Sequence record: MW021758.1
Length of the DNA stretch: 64,000 bases
Direction: 5' to 3' (one strand)
Under the pieces are notes generated by a model. That model did no database searches and was not told where the DNA came from. It saw only the letters and a list, made by a program, of their open reading frames with translations. The position numbers and the translations under genes are program-made. Below, piece after piece: positions 1-8,450 of the stretch; within the stretch, counting starts at the first letter, position 1, and each line of letters opens with the position of its first letter.

Positions 1-2217
1 TTACCAAACGCGGTGGTTGGTGTCGCGACAGATGCCAATTTCGCAAGCGTAGAAGTCAGTGATTTCCAATACCGCTGGAGCTTCACCGGCTGCAATGCCA
101 AAGTTAGTCATCTCGATAGAGACACGAACCCACTCGGTACCCGGAGGACAAAGTGGCAGGTATTCACTCGTACCCAACTGCGTCATGCGCATACCTGGAG
201 TAGTCTGAGGCGTGGTCTTAATACCCTGAAGACCGGCGTTCCAAGTTTGACGTTGCTCGCCCAACGAGGTGATGCTGTTGTCCTGAGCTACGTAACCCAC
301 TACACCGAAGCAGTTAGTTGCAATACGTACATCGGTCATGTCACGGTTACCGTTAACGGTCAACTGAGAACCGTACCAGTTACCCGCTTTACCCTTAGTG
401 TAGAAACTGAAGGTCTTGGGTGCCTTGGTAGTATCTGAACTGGTGATCACTAACTTGTTGCCGTTAGTAGTCACTTTGAACAGAGAAGTCTCAGTAGGAG
501 AAACCACAGTACCGCCAGAGCAACGAGGACGGTTGATGGTCAAGTAACCAACGTTGTTAGGGTTAGGGGAGATTAACATGTTAGCTCCCTTACCTAGCGT
601 GTAGTTACGCCACATGTCCTTATAACGACCTGGATAAGACTCAGTGACTTTGATGAAGCAGCCATTAGTCCAACTACCGGAGAATCGGTTCAAGTCAGGG
701 TTAGGGACGTAGAACCCTTCCAGATAGACCTTGGACGACAGGTCGGCAGAAGTATCTTCGAAGTAGTAGTTGTGTACCAGGTGCGGTGTCGTTTCGTTAG
801 GTTCGACTGTACTTGAAGTAGTCAAGATCCACTGACATTCGTAGAGCTTGATAATACCCGTACCTCTCCATACTGGACCTGACCACCGGCTGTTCAAGTT
901 ACCATATTCGTTACCGCAACCATACATCAGAACCGTACAGTTATCGATATTGAATAAACCTTCTTTCTCAGCATTAGCCAATTGGTCAGCTTCGGTTTTG
1001 TAACCGGAGTAGTCGAACGAGCAACCGTGGAAGGTCATCGACATACCTGTGTTCAGGTAAGGGCCAATGCCGTCACCGAAGATACACTTAGTCCATACCA
1101 GAGTTTCCCCGGCGTTTGCAGACTTAGGTGCGTTGATTGGCAGACGGCAGCCTTGAGTGGTGCACTGGAACCAGTTGTTCAGGTAGCAGTTATCGCCCAG
1201 ATCCCAAGCAATGTCGTGACGGTTGATTGAGATGTTGTTGAAGTTCAGGAACGCTGCGGACAGACCGTGAATGTTACCGGAAGTCGTTGAGACGTTGATA
1301 CCCTTCTGCTTCAACGCTACGCTGGATAACATGCGCAGGTTGCTCAGTGTAGAGTTACGGTGACCGTAGACTACAGAGACGTTGGTCTGACCGACAGCAC
1401 CGCCAGTGAAGTCCAGCAAAGTACCACGGAAGTCCCAGCTCACTGCCCACATGCGAAGCCATACTGGTTTCTTACAGGTACGAACGCCACCTGGACCTAC
1501 CATGGTGATGTAAGCTGGAGTAGTCGGCAACCAGGTCTGCCACCACTCAGTACCTTTTACTTCCACCCACTCAGCGGCTTTGTTCAGCGTCAGACTATAG
1601 TCTGCGATATCCATTACTGGATCGAAGAACCAATCGGTTTCAATAGTACCACCGGAGATGTCACGTTTGAAGCGCTCACCTGTGTTGGTAACGACGCACA
1701 TCACGCCGTCGTCTTTGGTGGTTTTGTCGTTAGCGTCGTAAACCCAATCGCCACCGTTTTTGTACTGGACGTTACCCTGGCGGAAGTTACGCATACGTAC
1801 GACTTGGCCGTCAACTTGCGGAGCCATGATACGCATCTGGTCAACAGAAGCTACTGTGTTAGATTGCTCACCGATAGCGAGCATATAGAGCGGGGTAGCC
1901 CAGCGACGAGGTTGACCTGATTTGTCGAGGATAACTTCAGATACGCCGTTTTTGTTGATGTAGCCGTTTACAAAGCGTTTTGAGTTATCGGTGTAAACAT
2001 AGAAGCGCTCTTCAGGGAAAGTCCCTGCCAGGCCTTCTGGGATGGAATTATAAGCATTATCAAAATCCAAGGTGGCACGAATGTCACCGACGGTTGCCGC
2101 TACGGTTTCCGGATTGTTGGTTTTGATTTGAGAAATCGGGGTTAAGTCGGCATCGTTGATCGATCTCGTAGAACGTGGGAGTTCCGAAATACGATTGCCT
2201 AAGCTTGAGTTAGCCAT
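1..2217 (-). CDS. Tailspike / putative polysaccharide depolymerase (738 aa, complete)
   Basis: N-terminal ISELP motif; GGDWVYDANDKTTKDDGVMCVVTNTGERFKR segment typical of tailspike particle-proximal domains; then Asn/Gly/Cys-rich beta-helix-like sequence (GDNCYLNNWFQC, GETLVWTKCIF). Stop codon sits at base 1. Confidence 0.75.
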   Translation of the reverse strand: MANSSLGNRISELPRSTRSINDADLTPISQIKTNNPETVAATVGDIRATLDFDNAYNSIPEGLAGTFPEERFYVYTDNSKRFVNGYINKNGVSEVILDKSGQPRRWATPLYMLAIGEQSNTVASVDQMRIMAPQVDGQVVRMRNFRQGNVQYKNGGDWVYDANDKTTKDDGVMCVVTNTGERFKRDISGGTIETDWFFDPVMDIADYSLTLNKAAEWVEVKGTEWWQTWLPTTPAYITMVGPGGVRTCKKPVWLRMWAVSWDFRGTLLDFTGGAVGQTNVSVVYGHRNSTLSNLRMLSSVALKQKGINVSTTSGNIHGLSAAFLNFNNISINRHDIAWDLGDNCYLNNWFQCTTQGCRLPINAPKSANAGETLVWTKCIFGDGIGPYLNTGMSMTFHGCSFDYSGYKTEADQLANAEKEGLFNIDNCTVLMYGCGNEYGNLNSRWSGPVWRGTGIIKLYECQWILTTSSTVEPNETTPHLVHNYYFEDTSADLSSKVYLEGFYVPNPDLNRFSGSWTNGCFIKVTESYPGRYKDMWRNYTLGKGANMLISPNPNNVGYLTINRPRCSGGTVVSPTETSLFKVTTNGNKLVITSSDTTKAPKTFSFYTKGKAGNWYGSQLTVNGNRDMTDVRIATNCFGVVGYVAQDNSITSLGEQRQTWNAGLQGIKTTPQTTPGMRMTQLGTSEYLPLCPPGTEWVRVSIEMTNFGIAAGEAPAVLEITDFYACEIGICRDTNHRVW

Positions 2218-2282
2218 TAATACCTCTAGCGTCGAGACTGGGGTTTCGTGTCAAAAAAGAAAGAATTACATATGAACATAGA

Positions 2283-2309
2283 CTCCCCCAGACCATGAAG
2301 GTCCGGGAG
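2283..2309 (-). terminator. Stem-loop between adaptor gene and tailspike, followed on the minus strand by TATG motifs and a U-rich tract
   Basis: ctcccc-cagacc/ggtc-cgggag inverted repeat; A-tract at about 2253-2263 on the plus strand. Confidence 0.5.
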
Positions 2310-2322
2310 AGCAACTATGCGA

Positions 2323-2889
2323 TTAATTACCGCCTTGTTCAGTGACGATGAACTTATCGTTCTCGGTCGTAATCGCTTTACCAGATTCGGTAAGGATTGC
2401 GCCGCGTGGCATTTTCATGCCGCCGGTGATGGTGATGTCCAGGTTACCGCTCCAGACGTGGGAGTTGTAATCCGTACCTGCTTTAGTCTGTACAGTGACG
2501 ACCGCAGTTTCGCCTTCCGGGATGAACGGCAGAAGTTCAGTTGCGTTAGCTACGTCAACTTCATCGATGTAGATTTTGTATTTGGTCTGAATCAGCGGCA
2601 GCAGATCCGTTACGGTGTTGGCTGTCTCTGGCAGGATCAGGGAAGGGCCCTGGGCGCCCAGCAGTTTGTTCAGATCGATACGGGTATACGTGAACACACG
2701 TTGACCGCTATAAGGGCTACGACCGGTTACAGGAACGCTCACGCGTTCTTCAGTACCAGGAACAGTTGCGCCTTTAACGTCGCCAAACGTCAGGTAGCTG
2801 GCGTTCAGTGCTGGGGTCACGTTGTTCTGTACAGTGATGAGATCAGCAAGGATCTCAAATTTAGGGCGTCCGAATAACTCAACGTACAT
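2323..2889 (-). CDS. Virion structural protein, possible tailspike adaptor (188 aa)
   Basis: SPYSGQRVFTYTRIDLNKLLG motif resembles the paralogous baseplate-type domain also seen at 55015-58729; C-terminal ILTESGKAITTENDKFIVTE repeat. Confidence 0.55.
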   Translation of the reverse strand: MYVELFGRPKFEILADLITVQNNVTPALNASYLTFGDVKGATVPGTEERVSVPVTGRSPYSGQRVFTYTRIDLNKLLGAQGPSLILPETANTVTDLLPLIQTKYKIYIDEVDVANATELLPFIPEGETAVVTVQTKAGTDYNSHVWSGNLDITITGGMKMPRGAILTESGKAITTENDKFIVTEQGGN

Positions 2890-2933
2890 GGGTAAACTCC
2901 ATTGAAATAAAACTTTTAGTTCAGCTCATAGAA

Positions 2934-3500
2934 TTAACAGATGCCAAACAAGTCTTCGAATGCTTTCTTAGGGAAGCTTAAAGGACGGGTCTGTTTAGCT
3001 TTGACTTTCCCGTAAGCCGATATATAACAAGTACCCAATAAAGAAGAGTCAGGGCGCTCCAGTGCAACGAACAATACGTTATCGCTACGATAACCGTATA
3101 CGTCGTAGATCTCATCTTTATTTTTTGCCGCTTTCCCTGCCAGATATTTAAAGCCAGGGAACAGATCTTCTACTGCACGCCCAAACTCACTGTCCGTTTT
3201 CAAGTTGGGGATCTCGCGGTACTCACCTTCAGTAATACGTCGATTGGTCAGACAGAGTCTTCGGGTAGGTTCCATCATCTGCCGAGGTGTATGCATGAAT
3301 AACTCATGTACCACATGGGTCAGTTGACTTACGTTGGTGTCGTATAACTCACACAAAGGTTTGAGTGTTTCCGACATACGCAAATGTTCCATGAACAGGA
3401 CAGGATTAACTTTAATCGTATCCTTCAAACGTTCACGTTCTTCATTTACCTTCCGCTTCTCCGTTCCCGGTTCTCCGGGTCGACGAGTGGTGACTGCCAT
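2934..3500 (-). CDS. Hypothetical protein (188 aa)
   Basis: ORF tiles with neighbours on the minus strand; no recognised motif. Confidence 0.6.
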   Translation of the reverse strand: MAVTTRRPGEPGTEKRKVNEERERLKDTIKVNPVLFMEHLRMSETLKPLCELYDTNVSQLTHVVHELFMHTPRQMMEPTRRLCLTNRRITEGEYREIPNLKTDSEFGRAVEDLFPGFKYLAGKAAKNKDEIYDVYGYRSDNVLFVALERPDSSLLGTCYISAYGKVKAKQTRPLSFPKKAFEDLFGIC

Positions 3501-3871
3501 TGTGGTTCTCCGCGATCAATAAAGAGTATCCCTTCTTTTTCACATAGTTTACGAAGGGGTCTTTTCAGCAAGTGGCGATGGCAGAACTTACCATGTCCGC
3601 AGTAGCAGGTTAATGCAATCCGTCGCTGTCTAATCAACCACTCGAAAGGCTCAGGGTCTTTCCTGTAGCGTTGTCGTAATAGTCGATAGTAAATCTCACC
3701 ATATTCCCTGGAGTTAATTAAGCCTTGCTTATACGGATAGAGCAGTTCGGCCGATGGTGCAAATACTCTGTCGCCAGATTTCAGAGTAATGTCATAGAAG
3801 AGGACGTCGCTATTATGCCATTCTCTCCAATCCTGAATTCTTCCTGTAAAAACTTCTAATATCTGAGTCAT
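3446..3871 (-). CDS. DUF488-like protein (141 aa)
   Basis: IALTCYCGHGKFCHRHLL Cys/His motif and FAPSAELL segment; GGAGG Shine-Dalgarno upstream. Confidence 0.6.
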   Translation of the reverse strand: MTQILEVFTGRIQDWREWHNSDVLFYDITLKSGDRVFAPSAELLYPYKQGLINSREYGEIYYRLLRQRYRKDPEPFEWLIRQRRIALTCYCGHGKFCHRHLLKRPLRKLCEKEGILFIDRGEPQWQSPLVDPENRERRSGR

Positions 3872-3906
3872 CCAAAAATTCCTCCTATAGACATCTCAGA
3901 ACATTG

Positions 3907-3974
3907 TAAAAAAAGACAAAAAAAGAAAAGCAGCAAAAAAATAGAGAGGGGCCCGATTCCTTGGACCCCTCTCT
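3907..3974 (-). terminator. Strong intrinsic terminator
   Basis: agagagggg...cccctctct stem (3943-3974) with a long A-tract on the plus strand (U-tract on minus). Confidence 0.75.
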
Positions 3975-4095
3975 GATACCCGAAGGTACCCTAAAGGTCT
4001 TTCGACTTTTCTCCAAACATTACTGACTAAGTCTGCTTACTCAGTAAAATTCAGTTATAGGGGAGAGGAGCTTTTGCTCCCCTCCGTCTATTGGA

Positions 4096-4668
4096 TTAAC
4101 CAGCCTTTTTAGCTTCGTCTGCTTTATAAGCAGCATCCAGCCATTCGGCATCGTTCAGGCCGTTTTCAGCCGCCAGCTTGCGGTTGATGATTTCGGTCAG
4201 ATCCGGATCGTTACGGGTTACGGCGAAGTGGATCGCGCGCAGGTATGCCAGCCACAGATCGGTTTCCAGGAAGCGGTATTGCGCATCTTCCAGTTCGACT
4301 GTAGTCGAATAGATCTCGCCGTGTTCGGCGCTGGCTTGTTTGGTGAAGGTTGCGTTGCATTCGGTAGCCAGCTCAGCTGCCAGCTCTTTCTTCAGCGCGT
4401 GACCGGTAGGAGGCTCGATGCCCAGGCCGAGGAACAGGGAGTGAGTCAGGATCATCTTACTTACGCGATCCAGGTACTCCTGATGCTTTTCGCGGTTTAC
4501 GCGGCGCGTTGCCGGAGTGGCATCAGTTTCGATCATCGTTGGATACGTTTGGTCGATAGCAACGAAGTCGTTACCGTTAACGTTACCCAGCAGAGATTGG
4601 CGAACTTCCTTACCCAGGTTCTTTGCTTCTTCTACTGCTTTATCGATGATGGTATTGGTAGTCGTCAT
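4096..4668 (-). CDS. Hypothetical protein, likely early (190 aa)
   Basis: Clean ORF with strong C-ending/optimal codon bias; GAGG upstream of ATG. Confidence 0.75.
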   Translation of the reverse strand: MTTTNTIIDKAVEEAKNLGKEVRQSLLGNVNGNDFVAIDQTYPTMIETDATPATRRVNREKHQEYLDRVSKMILTHSLFLGLGIEPPTGHALKKELAAELATECNATFTKQASAEHGEIYSTTVELEDAQYRFLETDLWLAYLRAIHFAVTRNDPDLTEIINRKLAAENGLNDAEWLDAAYKADEAKKAG

Positions 4669-4755
4669 GACAATAGACCTCAGTCTTTTTTGTTTCTGGA
4701 GAATTATCGGGAGAGGTAATCCCCTCCCGTTTGTTTCAACGCCGATCTGTTTCGA

Positions 4756-5211
4756 TTAATCGAACAGAGTCGTGCGGGTCTTCTCAGTCAGCGCCTGGCG
4801 AACCGCCGTGTGATCTTCGTGCTCTTTGCGACGATACACGGTGCTGATGGAAGGATCTTTCATGGTGCCGTCTTGCTTACGGCCGGTTGGTGCGGTGTAG
4901 TTGAACGCCATCTGGGTATTACCAGTGGCGACTACGCCGGCAACGCGTTTCACTTCTTTGTTGGACTTCAGGAAGTCGATGGCGTTTTCGCCGCCGGCCA
5001 GCATCAGAGAAGTTGCGAAAGCGCTTTCGTAGTTTTGGACAGATGCGAAGTGCTCTTTCACTTCTTTCGGTGCGTTGTCCAGGAAGGAATTTTCTGCGAC
5101 GGTCATTACGCCGTGTTCGCTGATAGTCATGTTCTCTTTCAGCTTGTCAGCCAGAGTACGGATGTCGGCAGAGATTTCCAGGGTTACTTCTTTTGCTTTA
5201 ACGTCAGACAT
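4756..5211 (-). CDS. Hypothetical protein, likely early and highly expressed (151 aa)
   Basis: Strong codon bias; GGAG RBS; first gene downstream of the early-promoter-like element at 5281-5308. Confidence 0.8.
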   Translation of the reverse strand: MSDVKAKEVTLEISADIRTLADKLKENMTISEHGVMTVAENSFLDNAPKEVKEHFASVQNYESAFATSLMLAGGENAIDFLKSNKEVKRVAGVVATGNTQMAFNYTAPTGRKQDGTMKDPSISTVYRRKEHEDHTAVRQALTEKTRTTLFD

Positions 5212-5280
5212 TGTTTTAACTCCATATGGATTTTTATCGAAAGGTAAAATAGCGGATAAGAAAGTGCACTCTATTATCCG

Positions 5281-5308
5281 CTTGCAAAGTAGTGATATAT
5301 ACTTGAAA
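5281..5308 (-). promoter_or_regulatory. Putative early (virion-RNAP) promoter, copy 1
   Basis: Minus strand TTTCAAGTATATATCACTACTTTGCAAG; the TATATCAC core matches the phiKZ early TATATTAC consensus; 25/28 identical to 43246-43273. Confidence 0.7.
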
Positions 5309-5318
5309 TTATTTTGAT

Positions 5319-6104
5319 TTAGTCGCGCAGGCAGAGCATCAGATAAGTCGTGATGAATTCGTCAGTCCCAGTACGAATATCAATCCCGCCGTTTTGAGTA
5401 CGGTCTGTTGCTGCCGCTACGGTTTTATAATGGCCGTAGAAGATGCGTGCATCTGCTGCCAGGATACCGTAGATGATTTCGAACAGAGCAAACGTACAGC
5501 GATTAACCAAGCCGTTTACGTCGTTCTCTTCGTGCTGATACTTCTTACCTGCAGTTACCCAGGTATCTTTAAATACCGTGGCGTCGGCAATGTTAGAGAT
5601 AACATCCGGCGTGTAGTTACGCAGATAGTTGAAGACGTTAGTAGCCAGAGAAGCGAACATCTGGTCACGAACATCTTCCTTAGCTTCGTTGTAATCCATA
5701 ACCAGTGAGTTACTGTAAGCAGTAATCATGGTACCGGTAGTACGCAGAGCTTCGGTAGGATTCAGTCCCTGGGTTTTCTTCATAGCAGCACCAACCGCTA
5801 CTTTGAAGTCCGCCAAGTTAGCCAGGTTCAGCAACTTAGGGTTAACCGAAAGGATAACGGAATCCTCTCCGTCTTCGTCGACCTGATAATCGCTAACGTC
5901 ACCCTTGGCAACGATACGAATCTTAGGGTTGACGTTGAATTTCTCATCAGTCAATGCTGCGATCAGTACTGCGTAGTTATAGACGCCACCCAGAACTTGC
6001 TCGGCTACACTTTTAACCGAGTTAGCAACAGCCAGTTTCTTTTGAGAGTTATTCAGACCAGAACGAGGATCGTTAAGTGTCTGAACCATTTTGTTCTCAA
6101 TCAT
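5319..6104 (-). CDS. Hypothetical protein (261 aa)
   Basis: Long ORF with AAGG RBS, flanked by a terminator and a promoter. Confidence 0.7.
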   Translation of the reverse strand: MIENKMVQTLNDPRSGLNNSQKKLAVANSVKSVAEQVLGGVYNYAVLIAALTDEKFNVNPKIRIVAKGDVSDYQVDEDGEDSVILSVNPKLLNLANLADFKVAVGAAMKKTQGLNPTEALRTTGTMITAYSNSLVMDYNEAKEDVRDQMFASLATNVFNYLRNYTPDVISNIADATVFKDTWVTAGKKYQHEENDVNGLVNRCTFALFEIIYGILAADARIFYGHYKTVAAATDRTQNGGIDIRTGTDEFITTYLMLCLRD

Positions 6105-6152
6105 CTTTAGTCCAACCTTTTTGGTAGTTCCACATACCAGTGGAGTAACTGT

Positions 6153-6186
6153 AAAAAATAAAAGAGGGACCGAAGTCCCTCCTCTT
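6153..6186 (-). terminator. Intrinsic terminator with UUCG loop
   Basis: Minus strand agggac-TTCG-gtccct followed by a U-rich tract. Confidence 0.7.
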
Positions 6187-6881
6187 TATACGGTAGGGTT
6201 AGTCCCTTTAGTCAGCCAATCTGCGCCTAAGGTGTTCAACGTACCGCCTCTGCTCAAATAGACGTCCAGTGCTGCGCGGTTGCAATAGAGTGTATCGCGA
6301 ACCTCGATAGCATCGGTAGCGTCTAAGATAACTTTATTACCCCAGTTAATGTTAGGGTTACGGGTCAGTGCTTGTCGCATTGTGTAACCTACAACTTCAC
6401 GAGTGGAGAGCATTTCTTTACGACGGTAACGGGATTCGTTATCGTCCTTGCCTTCCAGTTCTGCGGCGAACATCTCTGCCATGTAATAAGCCAACCAGAG
6501 CTGATACGTGGCAGGGGCACTCGTAGTCATCTGGTTATCCAGCCTCGGACGTAACATGCCCGCAGCGAGCGTTGTAACGCCGTAGAAGATATTACCCAGA
6601 GTAGAGTTCACTGAGTTATCCGGTAAGTCCATGATAGCTTTACGAACGAGTACTGGATCACCGAATTTGTTCTGTGCAACTAAGTAGTCAGCCAACTTCT
6701 TACGGAAGTCAACTTCACGATATTGAATTACCCAAGAAATGATAGGGATCGATTTCCAGGGTTTTGTTTCTCCGACAAAGTCCACGACGCGCGGTGTCTT
6801 TGTCCAGGGTGCTGCTGGGTTGATAGCCTGGATTACACAAGGTAATTTAGGGTCATCGTAAATACCTGCTTCAATGGCCAT
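6186..6881 (-). CDS. Hypothetical protein (231 aa)
   Basis: Long ORF between two terminators; no recognised motif. Confidence 0.7.
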   Translation of the reverse strand: MAIEAGIYDDPKLPCVIQAINPAAPWTKTPRVVDFVGETKPWKSIPIISWVIQYREVDFRKKLADYLVAQNKFGDPVLVRKAIMDLPDNSVNSTLGNIFYGVTTLAAGMLRPRLDNQMTTSAPATYQLWLAYYMAEMFAAELEGKDDNESRYRRKEMLSTREVVGYTMRQALTRNPNINWGNKVILDATDAIEVRDTLYCNRAALDVYLSRGGTLNTLGADWLTKGTNPTV

Positions 6882-6928
6882 GTAAAGGTTCCTTTATTGG
6901 TAGGCGCTAGGCTCTATATAATTTGCCG

Positions 6929-6966
6929 AAACAACAAACAAAAAGAGAGAGGCAAACGCCTCTCTC
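6929..6966 (-). terminator. Intrinsic terminator ending the RNAP-protease operon
   Basis: gagagaggc-aaac-gcctctctc stem with an A-tract on the plus strand. Confidence 0.7.
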
Positions 6967-6977
6967 CCTATTTTGCT

Positions 6978-7727
6978 TTACCAACGAGTAATGGCACTCG
7001 AATGATTGCGCACGTATTCGCGGCGATCAATGGCACGGATAGCTTCAACGGTCTGCCCCAAAGAACTTTCCAGAGCAACTTCTTTCTCAGTGTCATTAAC
7101 CATGCTACGAATAATCTCAGGGAACACTGCTGCCAGGTCCATAGATTCACATGCAGGTGCATTGTATTTGGTAGCGATCGAGATACCCGGTTCGTTAACC
7201 ACGTCAAACGTAATCACGTTGTCCAGATATTTACGACGTTTACCGCCTACGATACGGTCAGTGGCCATCGAACGAATGCTGAATGCCAGATTCTCATCTG
7301 GGTTAGCCAGGATACGTTCAACAACCGGTGCATGTACGCCCGTCGGACAGACTTCACCGATAATCGCAGTAACAACCTGACCGTTCGGTAAACGATAGCC
7401 AGGAACGATAGTTACTTTACGAATATGGATAGCCCAGTTACCTTCGTCAATGGTGTGGATGCGTTCCACATACTGACGGTAGTCGCGGCAGTTATATTCT
7501 TTCGGGTGACCTAATTCACCACGAAGGAAGCCCTGTACGATACGGCGCTGGAAAATACTACCTGGTTCGAAGAACCGCATAGCACGATCCATGTCGTAGA
7601 CTGCGCCAATACTGTTAGGGAACTCCAGAGCACCCAGAATAACTTCGAGATAGTTATTGTCCAGGCGCTTGATCTCCCCTACCTTGTTTACCCCTTTCAA
7701 GGCAGTTACTTCAAATACAGATCCCAT
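6978..7727 (-). CDS. Prohead (head maturation) serine protease, phiKZ gp175 / T4 gp21-like (249 aa)
   Basis: GELGHP (His), FSIRS (Ser) and FDVVNEPG (Asp) catalytic motifs; C-terminal ACES/ALES putative autocleavage sites; conserved position downstream of virion RNAP genes. Confidence 0.9.
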   Translation of the reverse strand: MGSVFEVTALKGVNKVGEIKRLDNNYLEVILGALEFPNSIGAVYDMDRAMRFFEPGSIFQRRIVQGFLRGELGHPKEYNCRDYRQYVERIHTIDEGNWAIHIRKVTIVPGYRLPNGQVVTAIIGEVCPTGVHAPVVERILANPDENLAFSIRSMATDRIVGGKRRKYLDNVITFDVVNEPGISIATKYNAPACESMDLAAVFPEIIRSMVNDTEKEVALESSLGQTVEAIRAIDRREYVRNHSSAITRW

Positions 7728-7734
7728 GATTTCT

Positions 7735-8448
7735 TCACCAGCGCTTTATAAATGAATTAACGTCATAGGAAAGTAAATGCGCCTTGCTCTGCTTGGAGAC
7801 AGTGAATTCTTTAGAATCCAACTTACTGACTTCAACACCAGATCGTTTAAACCTCTCCTCGAAATACGAGTTAAGGTGAGGAATAACGATTCTCCAATAA
7901 CCGGGAAATAACGTCAGATGACGATCAAAGATCATCGGTTCCTTTTCGACGTGTAAGAATAACTCGGTTACAATAGTTCTGTCCTCTTCCAACTTAACAT
8001 CGTTGATAAAGAACTTCCCTACGACTTCGGGGATATACGGTTGGTTAGGGCCCTCGTAAGGAACCAACCACCTTTCCTCACACCACTTCGAGATAGGAGC
8101 CATACGCGGACTAGGCTTTAAAGCGACCTCGTTAGGGATGGCGTAAATGGTGTAACCACCTAGCCAATCATCGTCACCTGCACAAGTGGCTTCTTTTTTA
8201 AGGAAGTCGTTAATCGCTACGGCATAGCCGCGTAGGCAATCCAGTAAACCGACCCCCGTGCAAACACGAGGGACGTATTCATCTTCTCCTTTCATCGTCC
8301 GCTGAATTGGACGAGGAACGAACTCTCGAATATTCGGGTTTGGGGAGATGTGGAGCAAGACCGGATTCGACTTGTCAATCTCCAGACCTTCAATGACATA
8401 CGGAGGAAACTTAAGTAAGTACTCCATTAACCCGAGTTCGATGTCCAT
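7735..8448 (-). CDS. Hypothetical protein, possible ADP-ribosyltransferase-like fold (237 aa)
   Basis: The ORF itself is solid. LLHISP...F-PR...PRVCTG...CL...EERWL pattern; the fold call is inference. Confidence 0.45.
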   Translation of the reverse strand: MDIELGLMEYLLKFPPYVIEGLEIDKSNPVLLHISPNPNIREFVPRPIQRTMKGEDEYVPRVCTGVGLLDCLRGYAVAINDFLKKEATCAGDDDWLGGYTIYAIPNEVALKPSPRMAPISKWCEERWLVPYEGPNQPYIPEVVGKFFINDVKLEEDRTIVTELFLHVEKEPMIFDRHLTLFPGYWRIVIPHLNSYFEERFKRSGVEVSKLDSKEFTVSKQSKAHLLSYDVNSFIKRW

Positions 8449-8450
8449 GG

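Noticed and set aside
1591-1604. cagactatagtctg palindrome resembling P7 strands
   Set aside because: It lies inside an uninterrupted tailspike frame with no other intron elements.
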